Source of the DNA: Scyliorhinus canicula
Lineage: Eukaryota
Assembly: GCF_902713615.1 (NCBI RefSeq)
Contig: NC_052161.1
Span: 132,702,678 to 132,766,677, forward strand
Length of the DNA: 64,000 bases
Direction: 5' to 3'
The position numbers and the translations under genes were made by a program. The notes under the pieces are model-generated. The model was not told where the DNA came from and made no database searches. It saw only the letters and a program-made list of their open reading frames with translations. Below, piece by piece: positions 11,640 to 24,837 of the stretch (within the stretch, counting starts at the first letter, position 1; each line of letters begins with the position of its first letter).

Positions 11640-13490
11640 TTAAAGTTAGAAGGTTGAAATTCAAAGCCCGCTCCAGGGGCTTGGGCACATAGTCCAGCCC
11701 TTCACTTCAATGTAGTACTTGAGGGAGTGCCGCACTGTTGGAGGTGTCGCGCTTGGATTGGACATTGAATCAAAGCCCCATTATCTTTCTCAAGTGCGTG
11801 AAAAAAGACCGAGTGGTCCAATTGCAAAGAATCCGTGAGGGCCTTGGACAAAGTAGATCGGGTGTACCTGTTCCCACTGTCGGAAGGATCCAGAACCAGA
11901 GGGCACAGATTAAAGTAGTGATGGCAATTTGATTTGATTTATAATTGTCACATGTATTAGTATACAGTGAAAAGTATTGTTTCTTGCATGCTGTACAAAC
12001 AATGCATACCGTACATAGGGAAGGAAAGAGAGATTGCAGAATATAATGTTACAGTTATAGCAAGGTGTAGAGAAAAGATCAACTTAATACGAGGTAGGTC
12101 CATTCAAAAGTCTGATGGCTGTAGGGAAGAAGCTGTTCTTGAGTCGGTTGGTACGTGACCTCAAACTTTGGTATCTTTTTCCTGACGGAAGGAGATGGAA
12201 GGGAATATGTCCAGGGTGCGTGGGGTCCTTAATCATGCTGGCTGCCTTTCCGAGGCAGCGGGAAATATAGATAGAGTCAATGGATGGGAGGCTGGTTTGC
12301 GTGATGGACTGGGTTACATTCACGACCTTTTGTAGTTTCCTGTAGTCTTGGGTAGAGCAGGCTCCATACCAAGCTGTGATACAACCAGAAAGAATGCTTT
12401 CTGTGGTGCATCTGTAGAAGTTGGTGAGGGCCATAGCTGACATGCCAAATTTCCTCAGTCTTCTGAGAAAGTAGAGTCATTGGTGGGCTTTCTTAACTAT
12501 AGTGTCGGCATGGGGGGACCAGGACAGGCTGTTGGTGATCTGTACACCTAAAACCTTGAAGCACTCGACCCTTTCTACTTTGTTTGCATTGATGTAGACA
12601 GGGGCATGTTTTCCACTACGCTTCCTAAAGTCGCTGACAATCTCCTTTGTTTTGTTGACATTGAGGGAGAGATTGTTGTTGTCGCACCAGTTCACCAGAT
12701 TCTCTATCTCATTCCTATACTCTGTCTCGTCATTGTTTGAAATCCGACCCACTACGGTGGTGTCATCAGCAAATTTGAAAATCGAGTTGGAGGGGAATTT
12801 GGCCACACAGTCATCGGTGTATAAGGAGTATAGTAGGGGACTAAGGACACAGCCTTGTGGGACACCGGTGTTGAAGATGATCATGGAGGTGTTGTTGCCT
12901 ATCTTTACTGATTGCGACCTGTGGGTTAGAAAGTTCAGGATCCAGTCGCAGAGAGAGGAGCCGAGGCCAAGGCCACGGAGTTTGGAGATGAGTTTCGTAG
13001 GAATGATGGTGTTGAAGGCTCAGCTGTAGTTGATAAATTTTGAGCAGTGACTGGCTCGGATCTGGAATGCACTGCCTGAGCATGGTGTAGACAGATTCAA
13101 TCGAGGCCCTCAAAAGTGAGTTAGATAATGATCTGAAGTGAAAACATTTGCAGGGTTACGAGGAAAAGGTGGGCAAGAGGGACTGGGTGAGTTGCACTCA
13201 CAGAGAGCTAGCATGGACACATTAGGCCAAATGGCCTCCTGTGCTATAACCATGATAAGAGCAAGGAAGTTATCCTTGGTGTCCTGGCCAATACTTACCC
13301 ATCAATCAACATCACAACAGAGTATCAGGCCATGATCATCTTGCTGTTTTCAGGAACTTGCTGAGTGCAAATTGGCTGTTCCTTCTTCCACATTAAAAAA
13401 GCAATTACACTGCAAAATGCATTTGCTTAGCAATAAAGCACTTTGGGATATCCTGAGGTTGTGAAAGGTGCTATATCAGGGCAAGTTTTT
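11640..13490 (+). mobile_element. DeuSINE (SacSINE1-like) split by nested CR1 and Rex1 fragments
   Basis: Deu-domain-like GAGGGAGTGCCGCACTGTTGGAGGTG at about 11721. The 3' half resumes at about 13260-13490. Confidence 0.6.
11927..13037 (-). mobile_element. 5'-truncated Rex1/Babar-type LINE (RT C-terminal half, frameshifted)
   Basis: ORFs [19 protein letters not shown]...[10 protein letters not shown] and NFYRCTTESILSGCITAWYG. Tail TTTTCACTGTA...CATGTGACAAT...(AAATC)n. Confidence 0.9.
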
Positions 13491-13816
13491 CTTCCTTTTT
13501 TTGTGGGGGAGGGGGGGGGAGAGTTCCTGTTCTACATCTCTGCAATTTTAGAAGTCAGGTTTTGTTGAGGCAAGGCATTGTAAATGAAGACCCTGAATCC
13601 TGCAGCCTGGACTACTCCAATGGGACTAACACTGGCTGAAGTTGGTATAAACTTTTCTTCCTCAGACATTGGCGATCAGATTAACATTAAGATCTTCTCC
13701 CTCAGTTGAATCTGAAGTCTGACATTCAGAGGTAAAGATCTCACCAGCTAAATTATTTATCCTACTCAACTTTCACACATTTTTGCATTATTACTGCATT
13801 TACTTAACATGTGAAC

Positions 13817-14060
13817 CTTGCCTTTGAGTAAGTCTCGTATTTTGGGAAAGAAGTTGTTCCTATGTCTGGATGTGCGGGTCTTCAGGCTTCTGTATCTACT
13901 GCCTGATGGAGGGGTCTGGAGGAAGGCAAAGCCTGGGTGGGAAGGGTCTCTGATAATGCTATCTGTCTTCCTGAGGCAGCGGGAGGTGTATACAGAATCA
14001 ACGATAGGGTGACAAGCTTGTGTGATACGTCAGGCTGAGTTCACCACACTGCAGTTTCTT
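13817..14060 (-). mobile_element. Rex1-type LINE fragment
   Basis: Similar to 12125-12340 (GAAGTTGTTC...CTGAGGCAGCGGGAGG). Confidence 0.65.
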
Positions 14061-14706
14061 GGTAAACAAGGGGGTGAAAGGTTATCAGGGATAAGCAAGA
14101 ATGTGGAGTTGAGATTAAAATCAGGCTGGCCATGATCTTATTGAATGGTGGAGCAGTCTCGAAGGGCCAAATGGCCTATTCCTGCTTCTATTTTGTATGT
14201 TCGTATATATGTTAAGAGCGGGAGATACTCTGGTCAGTCGCTTGATGGAAAGAAAGTTGGAGCCTCGACCATCACCACCCACAACTCTGGACAATAATTT
14301 GCATTTAAAAAGTATATGTTGCCACGGCAATCGAGACTCCCTGAGAGAACTGTGACACACACAGCACTGGGGAGGATATCTTACTGCCTTCCAATTTGGC
14401 ATTTAACATCCCAGTTCTGGAGGGAATGGACATTGAACGCTATTGATAGAGATGTGCTAATTTCGCCCAATGACTGAATTGTTTGAGAGTCATTTTTCAA
14501 TGCCTTAAAAATAGATTCTGCCTTCATGACCTTTGAGGAAGAGCGTTCCAAAAACCCAGGAACCTCTGAGAGAAATCCAGGACAAAATCTAAGCCGGGGC
14601 CGACAAGTTTGATGAATCGCTGCCATTGGGTGGGTCAATAGGCGTGGTCTGATCTGAAGAATGAGACCACCAAGATGTGAGGCTTGACATTGAAAGGTCC
14701 TGACCT

Positions 14707-14931
14707 CTTTTTTAAATAAATTTAGTGTACCCAATTCATTTTTCCAATCAAGGGCAATTTTGCGTGGTCAATCCACCCAGCCTGCACATCTTTGGGTTGT
14801 GGGGTGAAACCCACGCAAACACAGGGAGAATGTGCAAACTCCACACGGACAGTGACCCAGAGCCGGGATCGAACCTGGGACCTCAGTGCCGTGAGGCAGC
14901 AGGGCTAACCCACTGCGCCACCGTGCTGCCC
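14707..14931 (-). mobile_element. HE1/V-SINE with A-tail
   Basis: Same tail as 10055-10284, with AGGTCCTGA repeated on both flanks. Confidence 0.85.
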
Positions 14932-15115
14932 TATAGGTCCTGATCTGACGTCTGTCATGCTCCTGTTAAGGACATTTCCATTGAATCCCTGCAGTACAGA
15001 AGGAAGCCATTCAGCCCGAGGCTGCACTGACGCTCTGAAAGAGCACGCTACCTAGATTCACTTCCCTGCACTATCCCCATAACCCCATAATCCTACCTAA
15101 CTTGCACTTCATTGG

Positions 15116-15718
15116 CAGGGCCGGCCCAAGGTACCGGCAACTTGGGCAGTCGCCCCGGGGCGCCATGTGTTAGGGGGCGCCAGAGACTCGGGTCCCGCGC
15201 ATGCGCAGTTGGGCCGGTGCCAACCAGCGCATGCGCAGTGGCCGCCCTCCCCAGAGCGGCCCCCTCCGCCCCCCCCTCCACCTGCCCCTCCGCCCTCCGC
15301 CTCCCCCCCCTCTGGCCGCCCCACGCCCCCCCCCCCCCCCCTCCGGCCCCCCACCGTCCGCCCCCCCGGCCCCCCCTCGGCCCCCCCCGCCTCGGCCCCC
15401 CCCGCCTCGGCCCCCCCTCGACCCCCCCCGCCTCGGCCCCCCCTCGGCCCCCCCCGCCCCGGCCCCCCCCGCCTCGGCCCCGCCCCGGCCCCCCCGCCCC
15501 GGCCCCCCCGCCTTGGCCCAGCCCCACCCCCCCGCCTCGGCCCCGCCCCCCCCCGGCCTCGCCCCCCCTCCCCCAGCCTCGACCCCCCCCGCCTCGGCCC
15601 CGCCCCCCCGACTTGGCCCCGCCCCCCCACCTCAGCCCCGCCCCCCGCCCCCCGCCCCCCCCAAAGGGCGCTGAAGTTCAGCTTGCCGGGGGCGCCAGCA
15701 ACCCTAGGGCCGGCGCTG
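15116..15718. mobile_element. hAT (Tip100-like) MITE with an expanded C-rich interior, inserted in an HE1 SINE (about 14975-15977)
   Basis: TIR CAGGGCCGGC / GCCGGCGCTG, perfect 8-bp TSD TTCATTGG. Confidence 0.85.
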
Positions 15719-16145
15719 TTCATTGGGCACACAAAAGGACAATTTAGCATGGACAATCCCATTTAATCTGCACATCTTTGGACACTAAGGGACAATTAAT
15801 TGATCATGGGCAATTAATCTGCTGCACATCTTTGGATGGTGAGTGGAAACTGGAGCATCCGGAGGAAACCCATGGAGACACGGGGAGAGCGTGCAGACTC
15901 CGCACAGTCACCCGAGGCCGGACTTGAACCTGGGTCCCTGGCGCCATGAGGCAGCAGTGCTAACCACTGTGCCACCGAAAGGTTCTTAGCTCCACAATTC
16001 ATCAGAAATAATCAAACAAAAATGAACCAACCCATCATGGTAAGCACAAACTTACCACAAAAACAGTACCTGCCTCCTCTGATACTAACTCAACTGGACC
16101 TCGGTTATTAGAACACGGGTAAAAGCTGGAGCATTTAAAACGTAC

Positions 16146-16286
16146 CTCAAACACAGTGAAAACCCAGTCTTTGGGGAGATTCTTTGATTCCATATAATTC
16201 TCATTAATATAGTCATTCAAATGCTCCATGGACCAGACAGTGTCCTCCTTCATCTCACTGTACAGAGGATTCTTTTTCTGTACAAA
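16146..16286 (-). CDS. TTLL10: TTLL10 exon FVQKKNPLYSEMKEDTVWSMEHLNDYINENYMESKNLPKDWVFTVFE
   Basis: Resembles TTLL10 'FMQKKSPLY...TVWSMEHLN...KDWVFT'. cag/gtacg boundaries, 141 nt. Confidence 0.95.
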
Positions 16287-16489
16287 CTGTGGATAAGATA
16301 GAGGAAAATGTGAAATTAATGGAATAGAACTCCAAGTGGACACTTCTGACCAACAGCGACTTTTCTGGAGCATCACGGACAGTCAGCAATTCAGAAGAAT
16401 GAGGGTCATTGAGCTTGAACTTGCTGCCTGTCACAAGTGGCTGGCGGTGGGGAACAGTACAGATCATAGGGCAGATTATAGTAGAGTGA

Positions 16490-16960
16490 GAAGTGGATGG
16501 AGAGTTGGAACACACATGGAAACCTGTGGGGAGAAGAGAGCACATGGGAAGCGATCACAGGAGAGAGTTCAAGGGGTAGAGATGACAGGGGGAGAGAAAT
16601 CATGGGGGAGAAATCATGTTGGAGTGATCATGGGGAGGGAAATTACAGGGAGAGAGATTACAGGGAGAGAACCACAGAGCTAGAAATCGGAGAGGAGAAG
16701 TCAGGGTGGGGAGAGGGAAGGGGGTGGGGGAAAAGGTCAGGAGGGAGAGGTCAGGGGACAGGAAGAGGTCAGAGGGGGTGATGTCAAGAGGGGAAGAGAT
16801 CAGAGGGAGTGGTCGCAATAGGGAAGGTTATTGGGTGAGTTCACGGGGAGAAGTCACGAGACAGAATTTCGGGGAAAAGACGGCAGGGGAGGAATCACAG
16901 CCAGGACAGATTATGGTGGTTATGGATAGTAGGCAGGGGGAGTTCAGATTATGAGGAGGG
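16490..16960. repeat. GA-rich low-complexity tract
   Basis: Degenerate GGGGAGAGAAATCA-like units. Confidence 0.6.
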
Positions 16961-18388
16961 AGGCATTTGGTGGCAACTCAGCTGAAAGGCCGGAGAGGAT
17001 GTATTCTTGGCCGACAAACATTGCCAGAAGGTCACTTACTGCTGAATCTGGCAGTTCCCATTTCTCTCTCACTGGAGAGTTTCCTGCACCATACTGGAAG
17101 TGCTGACCAAACATGAGGAAGTACAGAACCTGATTTATTTACTGTAATTACTGGCCTGTCTCAACAGAATGGGTTACTCAGCAGCACCCAAAACCCTCAG
17201 TTGAACTGGAAGGTATTTGCACAAGGCTGAATCATTTCTTATGTTTAACAATTTAATCCTCCCACCATATTCCATCTGTCTCGGCAATGGTGGGGTTAAA
17301 AATTCACCCCATTGTGTTTTTAAGAAATAAAATGCTTTGATTAAACACTCCTTGTTTATTAGTTCTAAAAATATTGGACAGGGGCTAAAAGGTTGTTTGG
17401 CTGGCAGTCCAGGGACATTGGCCAATGAAGAATCTATTTGTTTGGCAATTGGCTGCGGAAGGTGGTACAGTGCGAGGATAGAAATGCTCGGTGACCAATT
17501 GTGGGAATGTGGAAGCCGGGCGATTGGGGACAGGAAGTCCATAGAATTCCCACAGTGCAGAAGGAGGCCATTCAGCCCAATGAGTCTGCAGCAACCCTCC
17601 GAAAGCACACCCTATCTAGGCCCACTCCCCCAACCTATCCTTTTTTACGTACACTGTAAAGGAGCTGCACGTTTGTCACTGACCCGGAGCAGGTGAAAAT
17701 TGGGCCATTCAGCAGATTCCCGAGGGTTTCAGTGCAGGGCAACAACATTGATGCAAAGGGAACCAGCTCCCCCTTTTTTTACAGCACTGACTGCCATGAA
17801 GAAGTCTAAATAAATGTCCAGACACTTTGAGAAGCCAGGGAGAAGGTCAGTGGAGAGGAATGGAGATAGGTGTTCAGTCAGTCAGTGGTGGGGTTGGGGG
17901 GAGGGTGATGGTCAGTGGATGGGTGGGTAGTTGAAGGGTGGGGGTTCGTCGAGTGCGTGGAAGGGAAAGGGGTATGATTGGGAGGGTCATCGAGGAGGCA
18001 TGGTTGGGAGGGTAGCTGAGAGGCTGCAGGGCGGGTTTAGTCCCCGGTTCTGTTTCTGGGGTACCTCACTGGTTTGGCCCCCTCCTCGCAGATTGGAAGC
18101 TGTGGGCGGCCAATGATGCTTTACAACTTAAGAGTCTTAACTGGCTAAACTGTGAAGAGATTCACCAAGAATTAATGCACAGTTTAAACAAACGCGCCCA
18201 TGATCAGGATCAGTACAGTCGATGTAAAACACCACTCAGCAGTGTGAGTTGGAAAGTTTTAGTTAGAGGTTTCCGTTAGTGTTCCAGCTCCACATCCACA
18301 GACCAGTCCACCGCTTGACAGACATTTAAGTTGCCTTGACCCCACTCTTTGCAACTCCCTCACTAAATCACCATGTGGCAGACACCAT

Positions 18389-18595
18389 GGGCGAGATTCT
18401 CCCATCGGGAGACGAAGTGCCGACGCCGGAGTGAAAACCGGAGTGTTTCACTCCGGCATCGGAGGCTGCTCCTCGCCCCCTATTCTCCCACCCCCAGGGG
18501 GCTAGGGGCGGCGCCCCGTCATTTACGCGTGCCGGACCTTGGTGCCGCTTAAAAGCGGCGCCGCGTAAATTACATGGCCGGCGCCGCGTAAACGA
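18389..18595. mobile_element. Truncated Harbinger-type MITE
   Basis: One TIR GGGCGAGATTCTCCC. Reverse complement of about 22670-22879. Confidence 0.75.
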
Positions 18596-20537
18596 TTTGG
18601 TCATCCACCTCACTATCTCTTTACGTTTCTTGGTGTCAAATAGTTTTGTTTTGATAACACTCCTGCAAAGCACCTTAGGATGTTTGATAAAGATACTATA
18701 TAAATGCAAGTTGCTGTTAATGATGCACTCTTGTTGCATTCTGTCCTCAGTGACTTGCAATTTTGCTCCAACAACGCCTACTCTTCACATCAAGCTGAGA
18801 GGTGTCAATGCCGGGGAACTAAACAATGATGTACTCTTTAAAATATCCAGTGACTGTGAGGTCAGATTCAAAGTAAAGTTCCCTCAATTCTGCCTAAACA
18901 TGCCTGAGTCCTCTGTCTTCAGAGATTCACATTCTGACAGCTGTGATATAGGAATATTCATGTAGATGCAGGCTTATCATTCACAGTTCTAAAAATTGTG
19001 AAAAGGTAGTGATCTTCACCAGTACAATACGAAAAGATCAATTGACAACTGAACAAATGTTTAGGTGCACACCTTTGGAAAAGATTGTCAACAGCTGCCG
19101 AGGTGGGTTTTAGCCCACCCACCCCCTCGGGTTGCTGGGTAATTAACACAATGCTAATGAACACCAACCTGAAATTCAGCTGGGGGGCCTGGTCACACCT
19201 GAGCAGATATAATCCCCTGTGCGCTCCCCAACTACACGAACAAACAAGCAACAACAAACTCCTCGGATTTCTTTCCATTGGGTCGTTGTTTGCAATATTG
19301 CAAAACAAGTGGCAGCAAGTCGGCAACCCATCTTACACCCTGATGTTTATTCCCATTATTCCTGCGCAGCGATCTCGAACGCACTGTCTGAAAGGGCGGT
19401 GGAAGCAGATTCAACAGCAAGGTTCAAAGTGAAGTTTGTTTGAGGCATGTTTGAGATGACGTGCAGGTCTTTGGGGAGAAAGAGCAGGAGAGTGGAAATA
19501 ATTGGATGGTTCATTCAAAGAAGGCTCTCAAAGCGTTTCTTTGTCTCCTTCTGTGTTACAGAATCTACCCCTTGCTGATAGGGTGGGAGACGCTCGTCCA
19601 AAACACAAGCGATTTATCAGTCAATGGATATGAAAATAGGAACAGAAACCCCCAATTGTATTTAAATTAATAACAGAACCCATGTTAGAAATTGGATTTT
19701 TTTTCAAAAAAAATAGATTTTAATTTTGGCGCCTTCCCTTTAAGACCATCATGGGACATGAGGAGTTTCAAAGTCTAACTCGCAAAAAAAAAATCAATAA
19801 CTAAATTGTAAGTGAGGTGTGCTCCCATCGTTTTCCTTGGTTGTAGGTTTAACATGGAGTCCAGCACAAGTTTCACACATTTGTAAGTGATTTCAATGAG
19901 TGAGAAATATTGAAAAAAGAATGCCAGAGTCACGGAAAAGTGACAAATCCAGCAAGTGTGGGATGTAAGAGAGACCTTTCTATTCAAACTGGAGCAGTTC
20001 CTCATGAGGGGCGATGGCTGGAGCTCATAAAATGTGACACTTTTCAAATCTTCAAAAAAGAAAAGCAGCTGTTGTCAAATTTTGGAAGAGGCCAGGGAAA
20101 GGCCACACCTTTAACAATCCCATCCAGAGGATTAGTCTAGTTTCTGGAATTGTAACCTTTTGTTTTGTTGAATCTAGGAGTTAGAAAAACAACAACTTGC
20201 ATTTATAATAGAGCCTTTGGAAGAGTAAAATGACTCAAGGTGATTCAGAGCAGTATAATCAAACAAGATTTGAGGCAAGACACGTTGAGGAGATGTTAGG
20301 GCAGTAACTGAAAGCTTGGTCAAAAGGATAAACCTTAATGAGCACCTTGGAGTGGAAAGGAGATAGAGAGGTGGAGGAAATGGAAGAAATTCTAGAGCTC
20401 AGGCAGTTGAAGGCATGACGAGCTTGAATTGGAGGAGTACAGATATTGGAAAGGATGCAAGGATGGAGGAAGTCAAAGAGATAGGAAATGGTGAGGCCAT
20501 GGAGGGATTTGACTGTATAAATGTGCAAATGTATTAC

Positions 20538-20830
20538 ATAAGAACATAAGAACATAAGAACTAGGAGCAGGAGTAGGCCATCTGGCCCCTCGAGCCTGCT
20601 CCGCCATTCAATTAGATCATGGCTGATCTTTTGTGGACTCAGCTCCACTTTCCGGCCCGAACACCATAACCCTTAATCCCTTTATTCTTCAAAAAACTAT
20701 CTATCTTTACCTTAAAAACATGTAATGAAGGAGCCTCAACTGCTTCACTGGGCAAGGAATTCCATAGATTCACAACCCTTTGGGTGAAGAAGTTCCTCCT
20801 AAACTCAGTCCTAAATCTACTTCCCCTTAT
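20538..20830 (-). mobile_element. CR1-type LINE 3' end
   Basis: (ATAAGAAC)n tail and conserved CR1 3' UTR. Confidence 0.8.
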
Positions 20831-20833
20831 TAC

Positions 20834-21645
20834 GGGCAGGATCTACCGGCTGCTTTGTGCTGGAAAAGCAGCGTGACGAAATGCAACAGGTAGATGCCAG
20901 GAAATCCCACTTCCAGGATCTACCTGGCTCGCCACGCTGCGTGAGATCTAACTCGATCTCGTGAGACGTCGCGATGTGAATCCCGCCCATTGGCGGCAGG
21001 ATTGCTTTCTGGCAAATCTGCATATTTGAGTGAGGCAGCTAATGTCACTCTGATATGCGTTCCTGAGATCTAACCAAGGCTGTGATCTAACCCCCCCTCA
21101 CCGTAGAGACCCCGGGCGAGAACGGTTCAGTGCTGGTCTCCACAAAAGGGGACCAGACCGAACGGCACTCGTGGGGGTCTCCCGGGGGATTGGAGGACCC
21201 CAGATGCATGCCCTCTGGGTAGAGTAGTACCATGGCACTGCTGATGCCACCCAGGCACCCTGGCCCTGCCAGCCTGGCATGCTGGCAGTGCCATCGGGGT
21301 GCCAGACTGGCACTGCCAAGGTGCCAAGCTGGCATTTTTTGAGCAGTGCAGTGCCATGTAGAGCCTGGGCACCTCCTTTTAGTGAGTTCGGGCTGGGGGG
21401 ACGGGCGGTTTGGGACTCCTTTGGGATACAATTTAAAAATGGCGTACCGATCTGTCGCTGCACCTGAGGAGTTCTGGCGAGTGGAACTCAGTGCAAAAAA
21501 CAGGGCCAGGTGGGGCCTCGTGGGGAAGTTCCTTACTGAGGCCCCAATCTACGCGGATGGACATTTCTTGGCTCTCCAAGCGCCGGGAAACACCTGGCTA
21601 ATCTCGCGCCACAGGACTCTGTCCCCATTTGGATAGATCGCGCCC
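20834..21645. mobile_element. Long Harbinger-type MITE (second subfamily)
   Basis: TIR GGGCAGGATCTACC / GGATAGATCGCGCCC. Reverse complement of 52216-53165. Confidence 0.75.
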
Positions 21646-21879
21646 CATATCACTGTCAGATTATTCACTATTTCATGGTTAGTTCAAAACTATCACATGA
21701 TGATTAATACTTCAATTCAAGTCTAATATGATGCTTTCAAAGAGTGAAGGTAGTAACTTGTAGACACATAAAATAGTCCAGTACTTAAAAGCAATTATGG
21801 AACACGGTTTGGTATTCCCTCTCTCCACTGTGGGAATGTGAGTTCCCATTGCCCAAATGCCTCACTAGGATCGACAGAC

Positions 21880-22208
21880 TGATGGAACCATCAATTCAGC
21901 GAACACGTGTAGTTGGATCTGAACAGAGGCTTTAATAATACACTTACAATAGAGCCAGCCTATTCGTCGTTGAACTTCAGGTGTTACTGGCAGGCTGGCT
22001 CTAAGGCACTGATCTTTATACATCGGTCCCAGGGGGAGGAGTCCTGGGCGGAGCCAAGGGAGGAGCCCAGTACAAACTCTTGCGTACTCCCAGAGCGACT
22101 CCCCCTGGTGGACGGATAGTGCAACTCCACTTACAATGGGTAGATAACGAACATATGTACATGGAGTGATATTGGCAACTATATATAGTGTGAATCATAT
22201 TCACCACA
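21880..22208 (-). mobile_element. Gypsy-type solo LTR
   Basis: TGTGGTG...ATTGATGGTTCCATCA on the minus strand, perfect 5-bp TSD CAGAC. Confidence 0.9.
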
Positions 22209-22216
22209 CAGACCAT

Positions 22217-22879
22217 GGGGGCAATTCTGCCCCCCACCCCCCCCCCCCCCCCATGCCGGGTGGGAGAATCGCGGGGGGCAAGACCCACCATGCCGCCCTG
22301 GCACCCGCACGTGATTCTCCCACCCCCCCCCCCAAAACGGCGCACCGAGATTTACGGCTGGCCGCTCGGAGAATCACCGCTCGACGTTTGTAACAGGCGA
22401 GCGGTGATTCTCTGGCCCGGACGGGCCAAGCGGCCTGCCCAATACGACGTGTTCATGCCAGCGCCAACCACACCTGGTCGCTGCCGGCATGAACAGCGCG
22501 CGAACGCTGCGGGGGCGGCCTGTGGGGGGGGAAGGGAGGATCAAGCACCGGGGGGGTGCTCAAAAGGGGTCTGGCCCGTGATCGGTGCTCATCGATCGGC
22601 AGGGCCGGCGTCTCTGAAGGACGCACTCCTTTCCTCCGCCGCCCCGCAAGATCACTCCATGCGCAGGTGACGTCATTAACACGGCGCCGGCCGCGTAGTT
22701 TACGCGGCGCTGCTTTTACGCGGCGCCAAGGCCCGGCGCGCGTAAATGATGCCGTGCCGCTCCTAGCCCCCTGGGGGTGGGACAATAGGGGGCGAGGAGC
22801 GGCCTCCAACGCCGGAGTGAAACACTCCAGTTTTCACTCCGGCGTCGGCACTTAGTCTCGCGTTGGGAGAATCCCGCCC
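22217..22879. mobile_element. Harbinger-type MITE
   Basis: TIRs GGGGGCAATTCT / GAGAATCCCGCCC, 3-bp TSD CAT. Confidence 0.85.
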
Positions 22880-23289
22880 CATGAATTAAAACAGCTTCAC
22901 TTCTGCTGAACAGGGATGCTTTGCAAAGCAGTCTTGAGTCAAGGTTGAGGGGCTGAATGGCAGAGAAAATCATTCACTCATGACTTCAGAGTCTGAGACA
23001 TGTTTTTTGGTCACCGTTTATTGTAATTAAGTGATTGAACTGGACCATACAACCATGGCAACAGAGTCTGTGGGTAAGATTGAGAGCTTGAATGTACTTT
23101 CCTGGCTCCATGCTGTATATCTGAAATCTGCACAATGTGTCTTTTAATGGTTTAATGTTAGTATGCATGGAATGTAGAGACCAAAAGTTGGAATTGGTGC
23201 CAGAGTTTTAGGTAGACCACTGTTTGCTGTCGTCAAACTGGAATTGTGAATTGCGATTTCTTACAATGAATAGTGAACTCAATAATAAA

Positions 23290-23550
23290 AAAGGGACGAT
23301 CCTTTAAAACAGATGAGGAGGACTTTCTTCAGCCAGAGGGTGGTGAATCTGTGGAACCCTTTGCCGCAGAAGGCTGTGGAGGCCAAATCACTGAGTGTCT
23401 TTAAGCCAGAGATAGATAGGTTCTTGATTAACAAGGGGATCGGGGGGGAAGGATGGAGAATGGGGATGAGAAAAATATCAGCCATGATTGAATGGCAGAG
23501 CAGACTCGATGGGCTGAGTGGCCTAATTCTGCTCCTTTTTCTTGTGGTCT
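23290..23550 (+). mobile_element. CR1-type LINE 3' fragment
   Basis: RRTFFSQRVVNLWNPLP C-terminus. Confidence 0.8.
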
Positions 23551-23983
23551 TATGTCATCATATTGATACCATGTGGTGCGATCTTTCTGAGTATTCATGT
23601 GGCATTGTGTAACACAAGCTTATTAAAACCAAGGACTTGGGTTGTTATATATGATATTTGTGTATAAAATAACAAAAGAAAGTGGAACAGGAAAGCAGTC
23701 TAACACCCACCACTTACAAAAACCTCAGAGAAACGAGTGGTGGGAGGGGGGGGGGGGGGGGGGGGGGGTCCCTGTCGGAGGTTTGGGTAGTTGGGATTCA
23801 CTCGTGAGTGATCTAAGGTATGGAAACTCGTAATTTAGGGTAGGAAGATTTTATAAAGACCCAAAAATATTTAAGAATCTACTTTACATCTACACTTTAT
23901 TTACAATAGTCTAAAAGTTAACTCATAACTTCTAACAGTTAGAAAGGAAATGAAAAAGGATATTTTCCATTCGTGCAACTTAC

Positions 23984-24155
23984 CTGATTGGTCAGGTGAC
24001 TTGTCAGATCATCCGAATATGGATCGTATTTGTTACACGCCAGTTTGACATAACCGTGCCGAAAGAAGATCATGTGAGGTGATGTACAGGCAATCAGGAG
24101 GTAGGAACGGACATCAAACTTCCGACCTTCCAGAAGTAAAGGTTTGTGTAGATAT
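23984..24155 (-). CDS. TTLL10: TTLL10 exon (R)YLHKPLLLEGRKFDVRSYLLIACTSPHMIFFRHGYVKLACNKYDPYSDDLTSHLTNQ
   Basis: TTL signatures RKFDVR and HLTN. cacag/gtaag boundaries, 172 nt, phase 2->0. Confidence 0.95.
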
Positions 24156-24837
24156 CTGTGTAGGTAAAAGCGTAAGCATTTCAGCCATGTTTTAAGATAG
24201 GTTTGTGAGGTACCACACAGATATTTTATTTCTAGCATTTTCCTTTGAGCTAATGCTAGACTTTTCCTCTCTCCACTTACAAATATACAAATTCAGTGCA
24301 GGGGTCAACCAATCAGCCCCTCAAATCTGCTCTGCCATTCAATAAAGTGTTGGCTGACCTGATTGTGGCCTCAACACCCACACAGACATGGGGAGAAGGT
24401 ACAAACTCCACCCAGACCGTCATCCAAGGCCGGAATTGAACTCCTACCCCCTTATACCCTTTGGCTCCCTTGTTACTCAAGAATCTCGCTACCCCGGCCT
24501 TAAAAATAGTCAATGATCTTGTCTCCACTGCCCTCCAGGGAAGCGAGTTCCACAAAGGCCCATTGAGATAAATCATTCTTCTCTTAAATGGCAAGGTGCC
24601 TGCATAAAACCAATCTTCAAAGATTTTCTTTCTAAGTTTTTTCTTTCTGGTTTTCATGCACACATAAATGTGTCTGAGAACTCCAAGTAAAATATGGAAC
24701 AATTTAACCATCTGCTGATTCTCCAGGGGAAGTATTTCCACTATTTGTTGTATAATGACATTGTAAATATGCTCTCTGTGTTTGCTGTATCATTGTATGT
24801 AAGGAAGTCTTATTGAACTTGTCAAGATGAAATGTCA

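Noticed and set aside
15093-15766. Pro-rich and Gly-rich ORFs
   Set aside because: Artefacts of the C-rich tract within a hAT MITE.
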